From Armatimonadota bacterium (GTDB lineage: Bacteria; Sysuimicrobiota; Sysuimicrobiia; Sysuimicrobiales; Kaftiobacteriaceae), in assembly GCA_037440005.1 (NCBI GenBank), contig JBBIUY010000007.1, positions 26,671-90,670 of the forward strand: 64,000 bases of DNA. The letters run 5' to 3'. A program made the position numbers and the translations under genes. The notes beneath the pieces are model-generated. The model worked only from the letters and a program-made list of their open reading frames with translations. It had not been told where the DNA came from and searched no databases. Shown piece by piece: positions 1-7,636 of the stretch. Every line of letters starts with the position of its first letter. The stretch's first letter is position 1.

Positions 1-62
1 CCGGCGATCACGTGGATCCAGCGGAGTAGCAGCGCCAGCCACTCCCGCAGCAGGTCGGGCAT
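1..62 (-). CDS. 5' end of a membrane-protein gene running off the window (first 20 codons only: MPDLLREWLALLLRWIHVIA)
   Basis: ATG at 62-60 on the minus strand, with a GGAGGGGGAG stretch about 13 nt upstream. The hydrophobic N-terminus is reminiscent of COG3748/PuuD-type membrane proteins, but too little sequence is visible to name it. Confidence 0.3.
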   Translation of the reverse strand, partial: MPDLLREWLALLLRWIHVIA

Positions 63-154
63 ACGCCCGAACTTTCTCCCCCTCCGCCGGGGCCTCCTAT
101 CGCCGGGGCAGGGCCGGACCTCACCCGGCCGCGAAAGCCAGTGGGCGGTGACCC

Positions 155-1000
155 ATGGAACGGGACTTCGCGGCCGCCCTGGAGGACCTGGCCGCCCGGG
201 TGGAGGCGCTGGAGCGGCAGGTCTCCAGCGGCGCGGTGGAAGCCGCCCTGCGCCAGCGCGGCTGGCAGCCCGGCCAGCACTCGCCCCGGGCCGGTCTGCT
301 GCTGCCCGTCCCGGCGTCCCCCGACCGGGTGGACCGCCTCTACGCCGACCTGCACCGCTACCACTTCCGCCGGCTGCTGCAGGAGGCCGCCGAGCGGCGT
401 GTGCTGACCCCGGCGGTCCTGCGGTACCTGGCGGGCCGGTGGGGGGACCGGGCCGTCCGCTCGACCGTGGGACGGCTGGAGGAGTACGGGCTGCTGCGCC
501 GGCGCGGGCGCGGCTACGCGCTCGCGGCGGAAGGGGCCCGCGGCTTCGGGGACACCCTGGAGTGGTTCGTGGCCCAGGTGTTCACGCGGGAGTTCGGGGC
601 GCCGGCGGTGTGGGACGCCCGCATCCGGGACATCGGCCGCGGAGGCGACTTCGACGTCCTGGCCGTCCTGCGGGGCGGGCTGGCCTACGTCGAGTGCAAG
701 GCCAGCCCGCCGTACAACGTGGAGGCCTCCAGCCTGGACAGGTTCCTGGACCGCGTCGGCGCGCTGCGCCCCGAGCTGGCCGTCTTCCTGATCGACACCA
801 CCCTGGAGGTGGACCGCAACATCATCGACAACCTGCGGCGGCTGCTGGACCTGCGGGGGACGCCCCGGACCCCGGTGCGGGTGGGGCGCGGCCTGTACGA
901 GTGGGCCGGCCGCCCGCCCCTGTACGTGGTCACGGCCCGGCGCAGCCTGGTGGCCAACCTGCGCACCTGCCTGCGGCGGTGGGGCGGGGCGGGTCAGTAG
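155..1000 (+). CDS. hypothetical protein: winged-helix-like N-terminal part plus PD-(D/E)xK nuclease-fold-like C-terminal part
   Basis: Protein-like composition in this frame. wHTH-like 'VRSTVGRLEEYGLLRRRGRGYAL'. D...ExK pattern 'GGDFDVLAVLRGGLAYVECK' at nt 641-700. Confidence 0.6.
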   Translation: MERDFAAALEDLAARVEALERQVSSGAVEAALRQRGWQPGQHSPRAGLLLPVPASPDRVDRLYADLHRYHFRRLLQEAAERRVLTPAVLRYLAGRWGDRAVRSTVGRLEEYGLLRRRGRGYALAAEGARGFGDTLEWFVAQVFTREFGAPAVWDARIRDIGRGGDFDVLAVLRGGLAYVECKASPPYNVEASSLDRFLDRVGALRPELAVFLIDTTLEVDRNIIDNLRRLLDLRGTPRTPVRVGRGLYEWAGRPPLYVVTARRSLVANLRTCLRRWGGAGQ

Positions 1001-1230
1001 TCCGCAGACAGCAGGTGGCGGTTGCCGATCCGCACGGTGGTCACCCCAGCGACTGCGACCTCCGCGGCCCCCTCGGCGTGGCGGACCGACGTCGTGGGCA
1101 GGTCCATCAGGTAAAGATGCCCGTGCCGGCGGTCTCCCAGCGGATGCGGCGGGGTCGCCAGAACGCGCTCTGCGGTGTAGGATAGCGGGGATAGTACACG
1201 GCCGGCTCTCGCGCTGCGCGGAGGCCGGGT

Positions 1231-2160
1231 ATGGACTGGAAACACCCCCAGGTCCTGGCGGCGGCACCGCTGCTGGCCGCCCTGGCCCTGGCGTATGCCG
1301 CCACGCTGTGCCGGGCGACGCAGCGCGTGGCGGTCCGGTTCCCCGCCGCCCTGTTGGGGACTGTGCCGGTCCGCGGCCGGCACGTGGGGGCGGCCGGCCT
1401 GGGCGCGGCTCTGCTGGCGTCGCTGGCCGCGGCGGCGGGCCCGGTCATCCCCTGGCGCGCGCCGGCGGGGGTGCCGGTGGCGCTGGTCATAGACGTCAGC
1501 CGCAGCATGGAGGAGACCGACGTCCTGCCCAGCCGAATCGAGGCGGCCAAGGCCGCCTCGCTGGAGTTCGTGGCGGGCCTGCCGGCGAGCACGCCGGTGG
1601 CGCTGGTGACCTTCGGCAACTACGCCGCCACCGTCGTCCCCCCGACCACCGACCGGGAGCGCCTGGCGGCGGCCGTCCGCAGCCTGTCCACGCAGTTGCG
1701 GACCCAGCTGGGTAGTGGCCTGGTGGAAGCGGTCCGGACCCTGACCGGCGAGGGGCCGGCGGACACGCCGGCGTCCGGAGTGCGGGCGGTGGCGGTCCTG
1801 CTGTCCGACGGCCGGGCCAGCGATGGCGTCCCGCCGCTGGAGGCGGCGGAGGTCGCCCGCGCCCGCGGGGTCCGGGTGTACACTGTGGGGGTGGCGACGG
1901 AAACCGACCCGACCCGGCTGCGCAGCGGGATCTGGGGCGCACTCGACGAACCCACCCTGCAGGCCATCGCCGAGCGCACCGGCGGCGCCTACTACCGGGC
2001 CTCGGACGCCCGCCGGCTGTGGGAGGTGTACCGGGACCTGTCCCGGGCAGTGGGGTGGACGGTGAGGCCCCTGGACGCCTCCGCGGCCGCCTCCGCCGCC
2101 GCTGCACTGTTCCTGGCGGTGGCTGTGGTGGCCGGGATGCGCCTGCACCGGCTGGGCTGA
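1231..2160 (+). CDS. von Willebrand factor A (VWA) domain membrane protein, BatA-like
   Basis: MIDAS motif 'DVSRSM'. N- and C-terminal hydrophobic segments. 'LLSDGRASDG' and 'VYTVGV' are typical of VWA. GGAGG lies 8 nt upstream of the ATG. Confidence 0.8.
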   Translation: MDWKHPQVLAAAPLLAALALAYAATLCRATQRVAVRFPAALLGTVPVRGRHVGAAGLGAALLASLAAAAGPVIPWRAPAGVPVALVIDVSRSMEETDVLPSRIEAAKAASLEFVAGLPASTPVALVTFGNYAATVVPPTTDRERLAAAVRSLSTQLRTQLGSGLVEAVRTLTGEGPADTPASGVRAVAVLLSDGRASDGVPPLEAAEVARARGVRVYTVGVATETDPTRLRSGIWGALDEPTLQAIAERTGGAYYRASDARRLWEVYRDLSRAVGWTVRPLDASAAASAAAALFLAVAVVAGMRLHRLG

Positions 2161-2190
2161 CTGCCGGGTCGACGACGGGAGGGAGAGAGG

Positions 2191-2373
2191 ATGCGCATGC
2201 GCGACCGTGAACTCCGCCGGCGGCGCCACCGCCGCGAGCGGGTTCGCAAGCTGCTGGCGCGGCTGCAGCAGGCCAAGACGGCCGAGGAGAGGCAGACGAT
2301 CCTGAACAAGCTCATCAAGCGGGCTCCCTGGCGCGCCGCCGAGTTCCAGCGCCTTGCCTCCGAAGTACGTTGA
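2191..2373 (+). CDS. small Arg-rich protein (60 aa), function unknown
   Basis: Strong SD (GGGAGGGAGAGAGG) directly upstream of the ATG. Sequence 'MRMRDRELRRRRHRRERVRKLL...'. The stop lies inside the heptamer hairpin. Confidence 0.45.
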   Translation: MRMRDRELRRRRHRRERVRKLLARLQQAKTAEERQTILNKLIKRAPWRAAEFQRLASEVR

Positions 2374-2480
2374 AGGTTGAAGGTTGGAGGTTGAAGGTAA
2401 AAGATTCCGAACGAAGGGTTCCGCTGCTTTCGACCTTCAACCTTCAACCTTCAACCTTCAACCTCCAACCTTCAACGTAC
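2365..2480. terminator. long imperfect hairpin (about 34-bp arms) between convergent genes; likely bidirectional terminator
   Basis: Left arm is GTACGTTGAAGGTTGAAGGTTGGAGGTTGAAGGT (2365-2398). Right arm ends ...ACCTTCAACCTCCAACCTTCAACGTAC (to 2480). Both stop codons (2371-2373 plus strand, 2472-2474 minus strand) are inside the arms. Confidence 0.6.
2433..2474. repeat. six tandem ACCTTCA heptamers (one variant ACCTCCA); four inverted copies at 2371-2398
   Basis: Read directly from the sequence: exact 7-nt periodicity. Confidence 0.95.
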
Positions 2481-4175
2481 CCCGAGGCGTCCCAGGTACG
2501 CCTCCTGCACCCGCGGGTCGGCCTGGACCTGGGCGGGCGGGCCTTCGGCGATCTTCTCCCCGTAGTGCATCACCACCATGCGGTCGCACAGCCGCATCGC
2601 CACCGGCATGTTGTGCTCCACCACGAGCAAGGTCCGGCCCTCGTCCCGCAGGGCCCGGATGAGGGCCACCATCTCCTCGATCTCGGCGGCGGCCAGCCCG
2701 CCCAGGGGTTCGTCCAGCAGGACCACCGTCGGGTCCAGCGCCAGGGCGCGGGCCACCTCCAGCCGGCGCTGCATGCCCAGGGGCAGGGCCCGGGCCGGGA
2801 CGTGGGCGTGGTCGGCCAGCCCGGTGCGCTCCAGGATGGCCCACGCCCGCTCCAGGACCGCCGGATCGGCCGCCCGCCGCAGGCGCCGCCACGGGCGCGG
2901 GTAGTGGGCGTGGCCCAGGGCGACGACCACGTTCATCAGCACCGACAGGCCCGCCAGCGGCCGCGTGATCTGGAAGGTGCGCCCCACGCCGCTTCGGGCG
3001 ATCTCCGACGGCCGCAGCCCGTGCACCGGACGGCCGTCCAGGAGGACCTGCCCCCCGTCGGGGGGCAGCAGGCCGCAGATGACGTTGAACAGGGTGGTCT
3101 TGCCCGCGCCGTTGGGCCCCACGATCCCCACGATCTCCCCGCGTCGGACCTCCACGGACACGTCCCGGACCGCCCACAGGCCGGCAAACCTCTTGCTGAC
3201 GCCCCGCACTTCCAGGACCGGCCGGCCGTCCGAGCCGGCCGCGAGCGCCGGCGCGGGGAGGTGGGGACGCGGCTCCACCCGCCGGGGAGGATGCACCAGG
3301 CGGCGGTCCAGCGCCCGGCCCAGCCACGACCCCGGTCCCAGCAGCCCTGAGGGCTGGTAGCGCATGACCAGGACCAGGGTGGCGCCGTACAGGAGCATCC
3401 GGTAGTCGCTGACCACCCGGAACGCCTCCGGCAGGACGGTCAGCAGGACGGCCCCCACCACCGCGCCCCGCAGCGTCCCCAGCCCTCCCACGGCCACCAT
3501 GCTCAGGATCGCCACCGACGCGGGAAAGCCGAAGTCCCGGTACTCGACGAACTGGATGAAGTGGGCGTACAGTCCTCCGGCCAGGCCCGCGAGGGCGGTG
3601 CCCAGGACGAAGGCGATGATCTTGAACCGGCGCGTGTCCACCCCGCAGGTCTCCGCGGTCACCTCGTCCTCGCGCAGGGCCGTCCACCCCACTCCCAGCC
3701 AGGTGCGCCGCAGCCAGATGTCCAGGACCGCCAGGCCCGCCACCACCAGCGCCACCAGGCCCAGGTAGGCGGGCTTGGTCAGGGCCGTCCCGCCCAGGGT
3801 GGGCGGCAGGACGCCGCCGATGCCCAGGCTGCCTCCGAAAAAGGGCGTGTACAGGAAGACCGAGACCACCACGAAGTTGATGCCGATGGTGGTGATGGCC
3901 AGGAAGTCCTCCCGCAGGCGGATGCTGATGGCTCCCAGCAGGGCCCCCACCAGCCCGGCGGTCAGGGCGGACAGCGGCAGCGCCTCCCAGAACGACAGGC
4001 CCCCGCGGGTGACCAGCAGGGCCTGGGCGTAGGCGCCGATGCCCCAGAAAGCCGCGTGGCCCAGGCTCGGCTGGCCGGCGTAGCCGGCGATGATGTTCAG
4101 CCCGATGGCCAGGATGACGTAGATGGCCGCGGTGATGGCCACCGTGACGTGGTAGAGGCCCAGGCCCGCAGGCAT
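2472..4175 (-). CDS. branched-chain amino-acid ABC transporter, fused permease (LivM-like) and ATP-binding (LivG-like) protein
   Basis: N-terminal half 'AIYVILAIGLNIIAGYAGQPSLGHAAFWGIGAY' (LivM). C-terminal half 'LEVRGVSKRFAGLWAV...GPNGAGKTTLFNVI...LLDEPLGGLA' (LivG). Start trimmed to the ATG at 4175, which lies 1 nt from the livH stop (4177-4179). Confidence 0.85.
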   Translation of the reverse strand: MPAGLGLYHVTVAITAAIYVILAIGLNIIAGYAGQPSLGHAAFWGIGAYAQALLVTRGGLSFWEALPLSALTAGLVGALLGAISIRLREDFLAITTIGINFVVVSVFLYTPFFGGSLGIGGVLPPTLGGTALTKPAYLGLVALVVAGLAVLDIWLRRTWLGVGWTALREDEVTAETCGVDTRRFKIIAFVLGTALAGLAGGLYAHFIQFVEYRDFGFPASVAILSMVAVGGLGTLRGAVVGAVLLTVLPEAFRVVSDYRMLLYGATLVLVMRYQPSGLLGPGSWLGRALDRRLVHPPRRVEPRPHLPAPALAAGSDGRPVLEVRGVSKRFAGLWAVRDVSVEVRRGEIVGIVGPNGAGKTTLFNVICGLLPPDGGQVLLDGRPVHGLRPSEIARSGVGRTFQITRPLAGLSVLMNVVVALGHAHYPRPWRRLRRAADPAVLERAWAILERTGLADHAHVPARALPLGMQRRLEVARALALDPTVVLLDEPLGGLAAAEIEEMVALIRALRDEGRTLLVVEHNMPVAMRLCDRMVVMHYGEKIAEGPPAQVQADPRVQEAYLGRLGVR

Positions 4176-4176
4176 G

Positions 4177-5031
4177 CTAGCGCCGCCCCCACAGGCCCTG
4201 AGGGCGGACCAGCAGGATGGCGATGAGGGCGAGGAAGGCCAGGGCGTCCCGCGGCAGCAGGCCCACGGTCCCGATGGCCACCGCCTCCACCACCCCCAGC
4301 AGCAGGGCCGCGGCCACCGCCCCCGCATACGAGCCCAGGCCGCCCAGGACGATGATGGCCAGGCCCTTGTAGGCGGGGACGCTGCCCATGGTGGGTTCCA
4401 CGGCGTTGAAGAACACCCCCACCAGTACGCCGGCCGCTCCCGCCAGGGCCGAGCCCAGCAGGACGTTCAGCCCCACCGCCCGGCCCACGTCCACCCCGGT
4501 GGCGGCGGCCATGGGGGGATCGTCGGCCAGCGCCCGCCACGCCAGGCCCACCTTGGTGCGGGTGAGGACCCACCACGCCACCGCCAGCAGCGGCGCGCCC
4601 ACGGCGGCCACCAGGAGCTGGGCGGGGGTGAAGGTGACGGAGCCCATCGTCAGCGGCCCGACGGGCAGGCGGGCGGAGAACGCCAGGGAGTACGGGCCGG
4701 CCACCAGCCGGAACAGGTCTTCCAGGGCGATGTACAGCCCAATGCTGGCGATCAGGGGGACGATGCGGGGCTGGGACAGCAGCGGCAGGTAGATCCACCG
4801 CTGGACCAGCCAGCCGGCCGCCCCGCTGCCGGCCGTGGCGGTGGCAAACGCCAGGACCAGGCTGTGGGTGCGGGCGTAGGTCGCCACGCCCAGGTAGCCG
4901 CCCAGGGCGTAGATACCGGCGTGGGCCACGTGGAGGATGCGCAGGACCCCGTAGACCAGGGTGAGGCCCAGGGCGACGACGGCGTAGATCGCCCCGATGG
5001 TCAGCCCGTTGACGACCTGCTGGACCAGCAT
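4177..5031 (-). CDS. livH: branched-chain amino-acid ABC transporter permease LivH
   Basis: 'MLVQQVVNGLTIGAIYAVVALGLTLVYGVLRILHVAHAG' is a typical LivH N-terminus. Multi-TM protein. Confidence 0.85.
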   Translation of the reverse strand: MLVQQVVNGLTIGAIYAVVALGLTLVYGVLRILHVAHAGIYALGGYLGVATYARTHSLVLAFATATAGSGAAGWLVQRWIYLPLLSQPRIVPLIASIGLYIALEDLFRLVAGPYSLAFSARLPVGPLTMGSVTFTPAQLLVAAVGAPLLAVAWWVLTRTKVGLAWRALADDPPMAAATGVDVGRAVGLNVLLGSALAGAAGVLVGVFFNAVEPTMGSVPAYKGLAIIVLGGLGSYAGAVAAALLLGVVEAVAIGTVGLLPRDALAFLALIAILLVRPQGLWGRR

Positions 5032-5128
5032 GGCGGGTGCGGTCCTCCTGCGCTCCCGGTGAAAGCGGGCTCCGGGCGCCGGCCCGAAAGCGGCGCCCGG
5101 AGCCTATGGACCCGCCCGGCGGTGCGGA

Positions 5129-6274
5129 TCAGGGCGGCGTGATGATCTCCGGGTCGGTGATCACGCCGAAGAACCGGAACTGGCCGTTGCGGACCACCTG
5201 GACCTGGATGGGCTTGATGGTCTCCCGCTGGGGCGTGAACGAGAGGACCCCGGTGACCCCGTTGAAGTTGCGGGTGGCGGCGATCGCATCCCGCAGCCGC
5301 GCCGCCTCGGTGGTCCCGGCCCGGCGCAGCCCGTCCACGATGATGCGCAGCGCGTCGTAGGACGAGGCGCCCACCATGTCGGCCTCCATCTTGTAGGCCG
5401 CCCGGTAGTCCCGCAGGAAGGTCTGCACCACGGCCCGCGGGTCGTCGCGGTTGAGGTTGGTGACGATGACCACCCCCTCGGCGTCGGCGCCGGCCAGCTC
5501 CAGGTACTTGGGCGAGTCAAAGCCCTCCTCGCCCAGGATCTGCGCCCGCACCCCCAGCTGGCGGGCGGTGCGGGTGATGAGCGCCGCCTCGTTGAACAGC
5601 CCGCTGACGAAGATCAGGTCCGGGTTCATGGCCCGCACCCGCGTCACGTGGGGAGCCATGTCCTTCTCCCCCAGCGGGTAGATGACCTCCCCCACGATGT
5701 TCAGGCCGGTCGTGGCCGCCCGGTCCCGGAAGCCCTGGGCCAGGGCCCGGCCGAAGTCGTTGTCCATGGTGAGCATGGCGACCCGCTGGGCGTTGAAGTA
5801 CAGCCTCGCCACCTCCGCCGCGCCGGCGCCCTCCACCGGGCCCAGGAAACCCACCCGGAACACGTAGGGGCCGGCCCGGGTGATGTCGGGGTGCACGGCG
5901 TAGCCCACCACGAACGGCACGCGGTTCTGCTGGAAGATGGGCGCCGCGCCTCGGGTCGCGCCGCTGTAGGACCCGCCCACCGCCGCCACCACCCGGTCGC
6001 GCTCGATGAGCCGCTGGGCCACCGCCACCCCCTGGGGAGGCGCCGCCTGGTCGTCGTACACCACCAGCCGGATCTGCCGGCCCAGTACGCCTCCGGCGGC
6101 GTTGATCTGGCGGACGCCCAGCTCCACCGCCTGCCGGACACTCAGGCCGTCGGGGGCGCCGAACCCCGTCAGGGGCGCGCTGAGGCCGATGGGGATCGGC
6201 TCGCCCTGGGCGCGGGCGCCCGCGGCGGCCAGGCCCACACACACCAGTACGAGCAGCACGCTGCGTCGCGCCAC
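5129..6274 (-). CDS. ABC transporter substrate-binding protein, LivK/Peripla_BP_6 type
   Basis: Signal peptide, then 'PIPIGLSAPLTGFGAPDGLSVRQAVELGVRQINAAGGVLGRQIRLVVYDDQ'. Confidence 0.85.
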   Translation of the reverse strand: MARRSVLLVLVCVGLAAAGARAQGEPIPIGLSAPLTGFGAPDGLSVRQAVELGVRQINAAGGVLGRQIRLVVYDDQAAPPQGVAVAQRLIERDRVVAAVGGSYSGATRGAAPIFQQNRVPFVVGYAVHPDITRAGPYVFRVGFLGPVEGAGAAEVARLYFNAQRVAMLTMDNDFGRALAQGFRDRAATTGLNIVGEVIYPLGEKDMAPHVTRVRAMNPDLIFVSGLFNEAALITRTARQLGVRAQILGEEGFDSPKYLELAGADAEGVVIVTNLNRDDPRAVVQTFLRDYRAAYKMEADMVGASSYDALRIIVDGLRRAGTTEAARLRDAIAATRNFNGVTGVLSFTPQRETIKPIQVQVVRNGQFRFFGVITDPEIITPP

Positions 6275-6343
6275 AGCACGTCACCTCCGCGCCGAACGCT
6301 GTCGGTCAGTCCTCAGCAAAAGTGTTTCGACCCCGAACCCGGG

Positions 6344-7615
6344 TCAGGCCTGCCGGCGTTGCTGGCGCCGCCGCAGCCGGGCGGCGAGAGCGTGGCGGGG
6401 CAGACCTTCCAGGGACGCCAGGCGCTCGACCACCGGCGCGAGTTCCGCGGCGGCGTCGGGGGTCAGCCGCAGGTAGCTGACGGGCCGGAGGAAGGTGCCC
6501 ACCCACAGGCCGCCTGTAAAGCGCGCCGCGCCTCCGGTGGGCAGCACGTGGTTGGGCCCGGCGCCGTAGTCGCCGAAGACCGCCGCCGACGCCGGGCCGA
6601 TGAACACCGCCCCGCAGGCATCCAGGCGGCTGAGGGCGGCGTCCGGGTCGGCCAGGTGCAGTTCCACGTGCTCGGGAGCCAGGGCGGTGACGTACGCACA
6701 GGCCTCGTCCAGGTCCCGGGCCACGCCGACCTCCCCGCGGGCCCGCCACGCCAAGGACGCCACGTCGGCGGGAGGCGCGGCGGCCAGGGCGTCCTCGACC
6801 CGGCGGAGGACGGCCCGGGCTACCCGCTCGTCGGTGCTGACCAGGACCGCCCGCGCCCGCACGTCGTGCTCGGCCTGGGCCAGCAGGTCCGCCGCCGCCA
6901 GTTCGGGGTCGGCGCTGGCGTCGGCCAGGACGCACACCTCGCTGGGGCCGGCCGGCAGGTCCACGCCCACCCGGCCGTACACCTGCCGCTTGGCCTCCAC
7001 CACGTAGGCGTTGCCCGGTCCGGCGATCAGGTCCACCGCCGGGACCGACTCCGTGCCGTAGGCCAGGGCGGCGACGGCCTGAGCGCCTCCCATGCAGTAG
7101 ATCTCGTCGGCGCCGGCCAGGGCCATGGCCGCCAGGGTGACCGGGTGCACGGTGCCGTCGGGCCCCGGCGGGGCGCAGGCCGCGACCCGGGGCACGCCGG
7201 CCACGCGGGCCGGGACGATGGTCATCAGGGCGGTCGACGGCAGCGGGTGGCGGCCGCCGGGGACGTAACAGGCCGCCGACCTCACCGGCACCAGCCGGTG
7301 GTCGGCGTGGGCGCCCGGGCTGACCTCCAGGGCCGCATCCCGCAATGCCCGGCGCTGGGCGTGGGCGAACGCCTCGATCCGCCGGGCGGCCCAGGTCAGC
7401 GCCTCCCGATCCGCGTCCCCCAGGGACAGCAGCGCCCGCCGGGCGTCCTCGAGGGGGACGACCGGGTCCCGATCCACGCCGTCAAAGCGACGGGTGTACT
7501 CCCGCACCGCCGCGTCTCCCCGGGCCCGCACGTCGGCGATGATGCGGGCGACGGCGTCGGCGATCTCCTCCTCGCGGGCTCCTGCCGACGGGTCCGGTGC
7601 CTTCAGGATCCGCAT
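6344..7615 (-). CDS. hisD: histidinol dehydrogenase
   Basis: 'REYTRRFDGV', 'AGPGNAYVVEAKRQV', 'AQAEHD' and 'GDYGAGPNHVLPTGGAARF' are HisD hallmarks. No other his genes are adjacent. Confidence 0.85.
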   Translation of the reverse strand: MRILKAPDPSAGAREEEIADAVARIIADVRARGDAAVREYTRRFDGVDRDPVVPLEDARRALLSLGDADREALTWAARRIEAFAHAQRRALRDAALEVSPGAHADHRLVPVRSAACYVPGGRHPLPSTALMTIVPARVAGVPRVAACAPPGPDGTVHPVTLAAMALAGADEIYCMGGAQAVAALAYGTESVPAVDLIAGPGNAYVVEAKRQVYGRVGVDLPAGPSEVCVLADASADPELAAADLLAQAEHDVRARAVLVSTDERVARAVLRRVEDALAAAPPADVASLAWRARGEVGVARDLDEACAYVTALAPEHVELHLADPDAALSRLDACGAVFIGPASAAVFGDYGAGPNHVLPTGGAARFTGGLWVGTFLRPVSYLRLTPDAAAELAPVVERLASLEGLPRHALAARLRRRQQRRQA

Positions 7616-7636
7616 GGGACTCCCCCCCGGGGCGGG

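Noticed and set aside
994-1104. Short minus-strand ORF 'MDLPTTSVRHAEGAAEVAVAGVTTVRIGNRHLLSADY' convergent with, and overlapping, the end of the first gene.
   Set aside because: Composition is protein-like and the frame stays sensible for ~20 codons upstream, but it has no start codon with an SD and I recognise no family. It is possibly a gene remnant, with too little support to annotate.
8-1267. 419-aa minus-strand ORF overlapping the first plus-strand gene.
   Set aside because: Pro/Gly/Arg/Gln low-complexity translation, antisense to a protein-like frame. Only the first ~20 codons of a different minus-strand gene (1-62) look real.
2370-3350. Plus-strand ORF beginning 'MKVEGWRLKV...STFNLQPSTFNLQPSTY'.
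   Set aside because: The striking peptide repeat is just the translation of the CCTTCAA heptamer array. The rest is antisense to the LivG-type ATPase.
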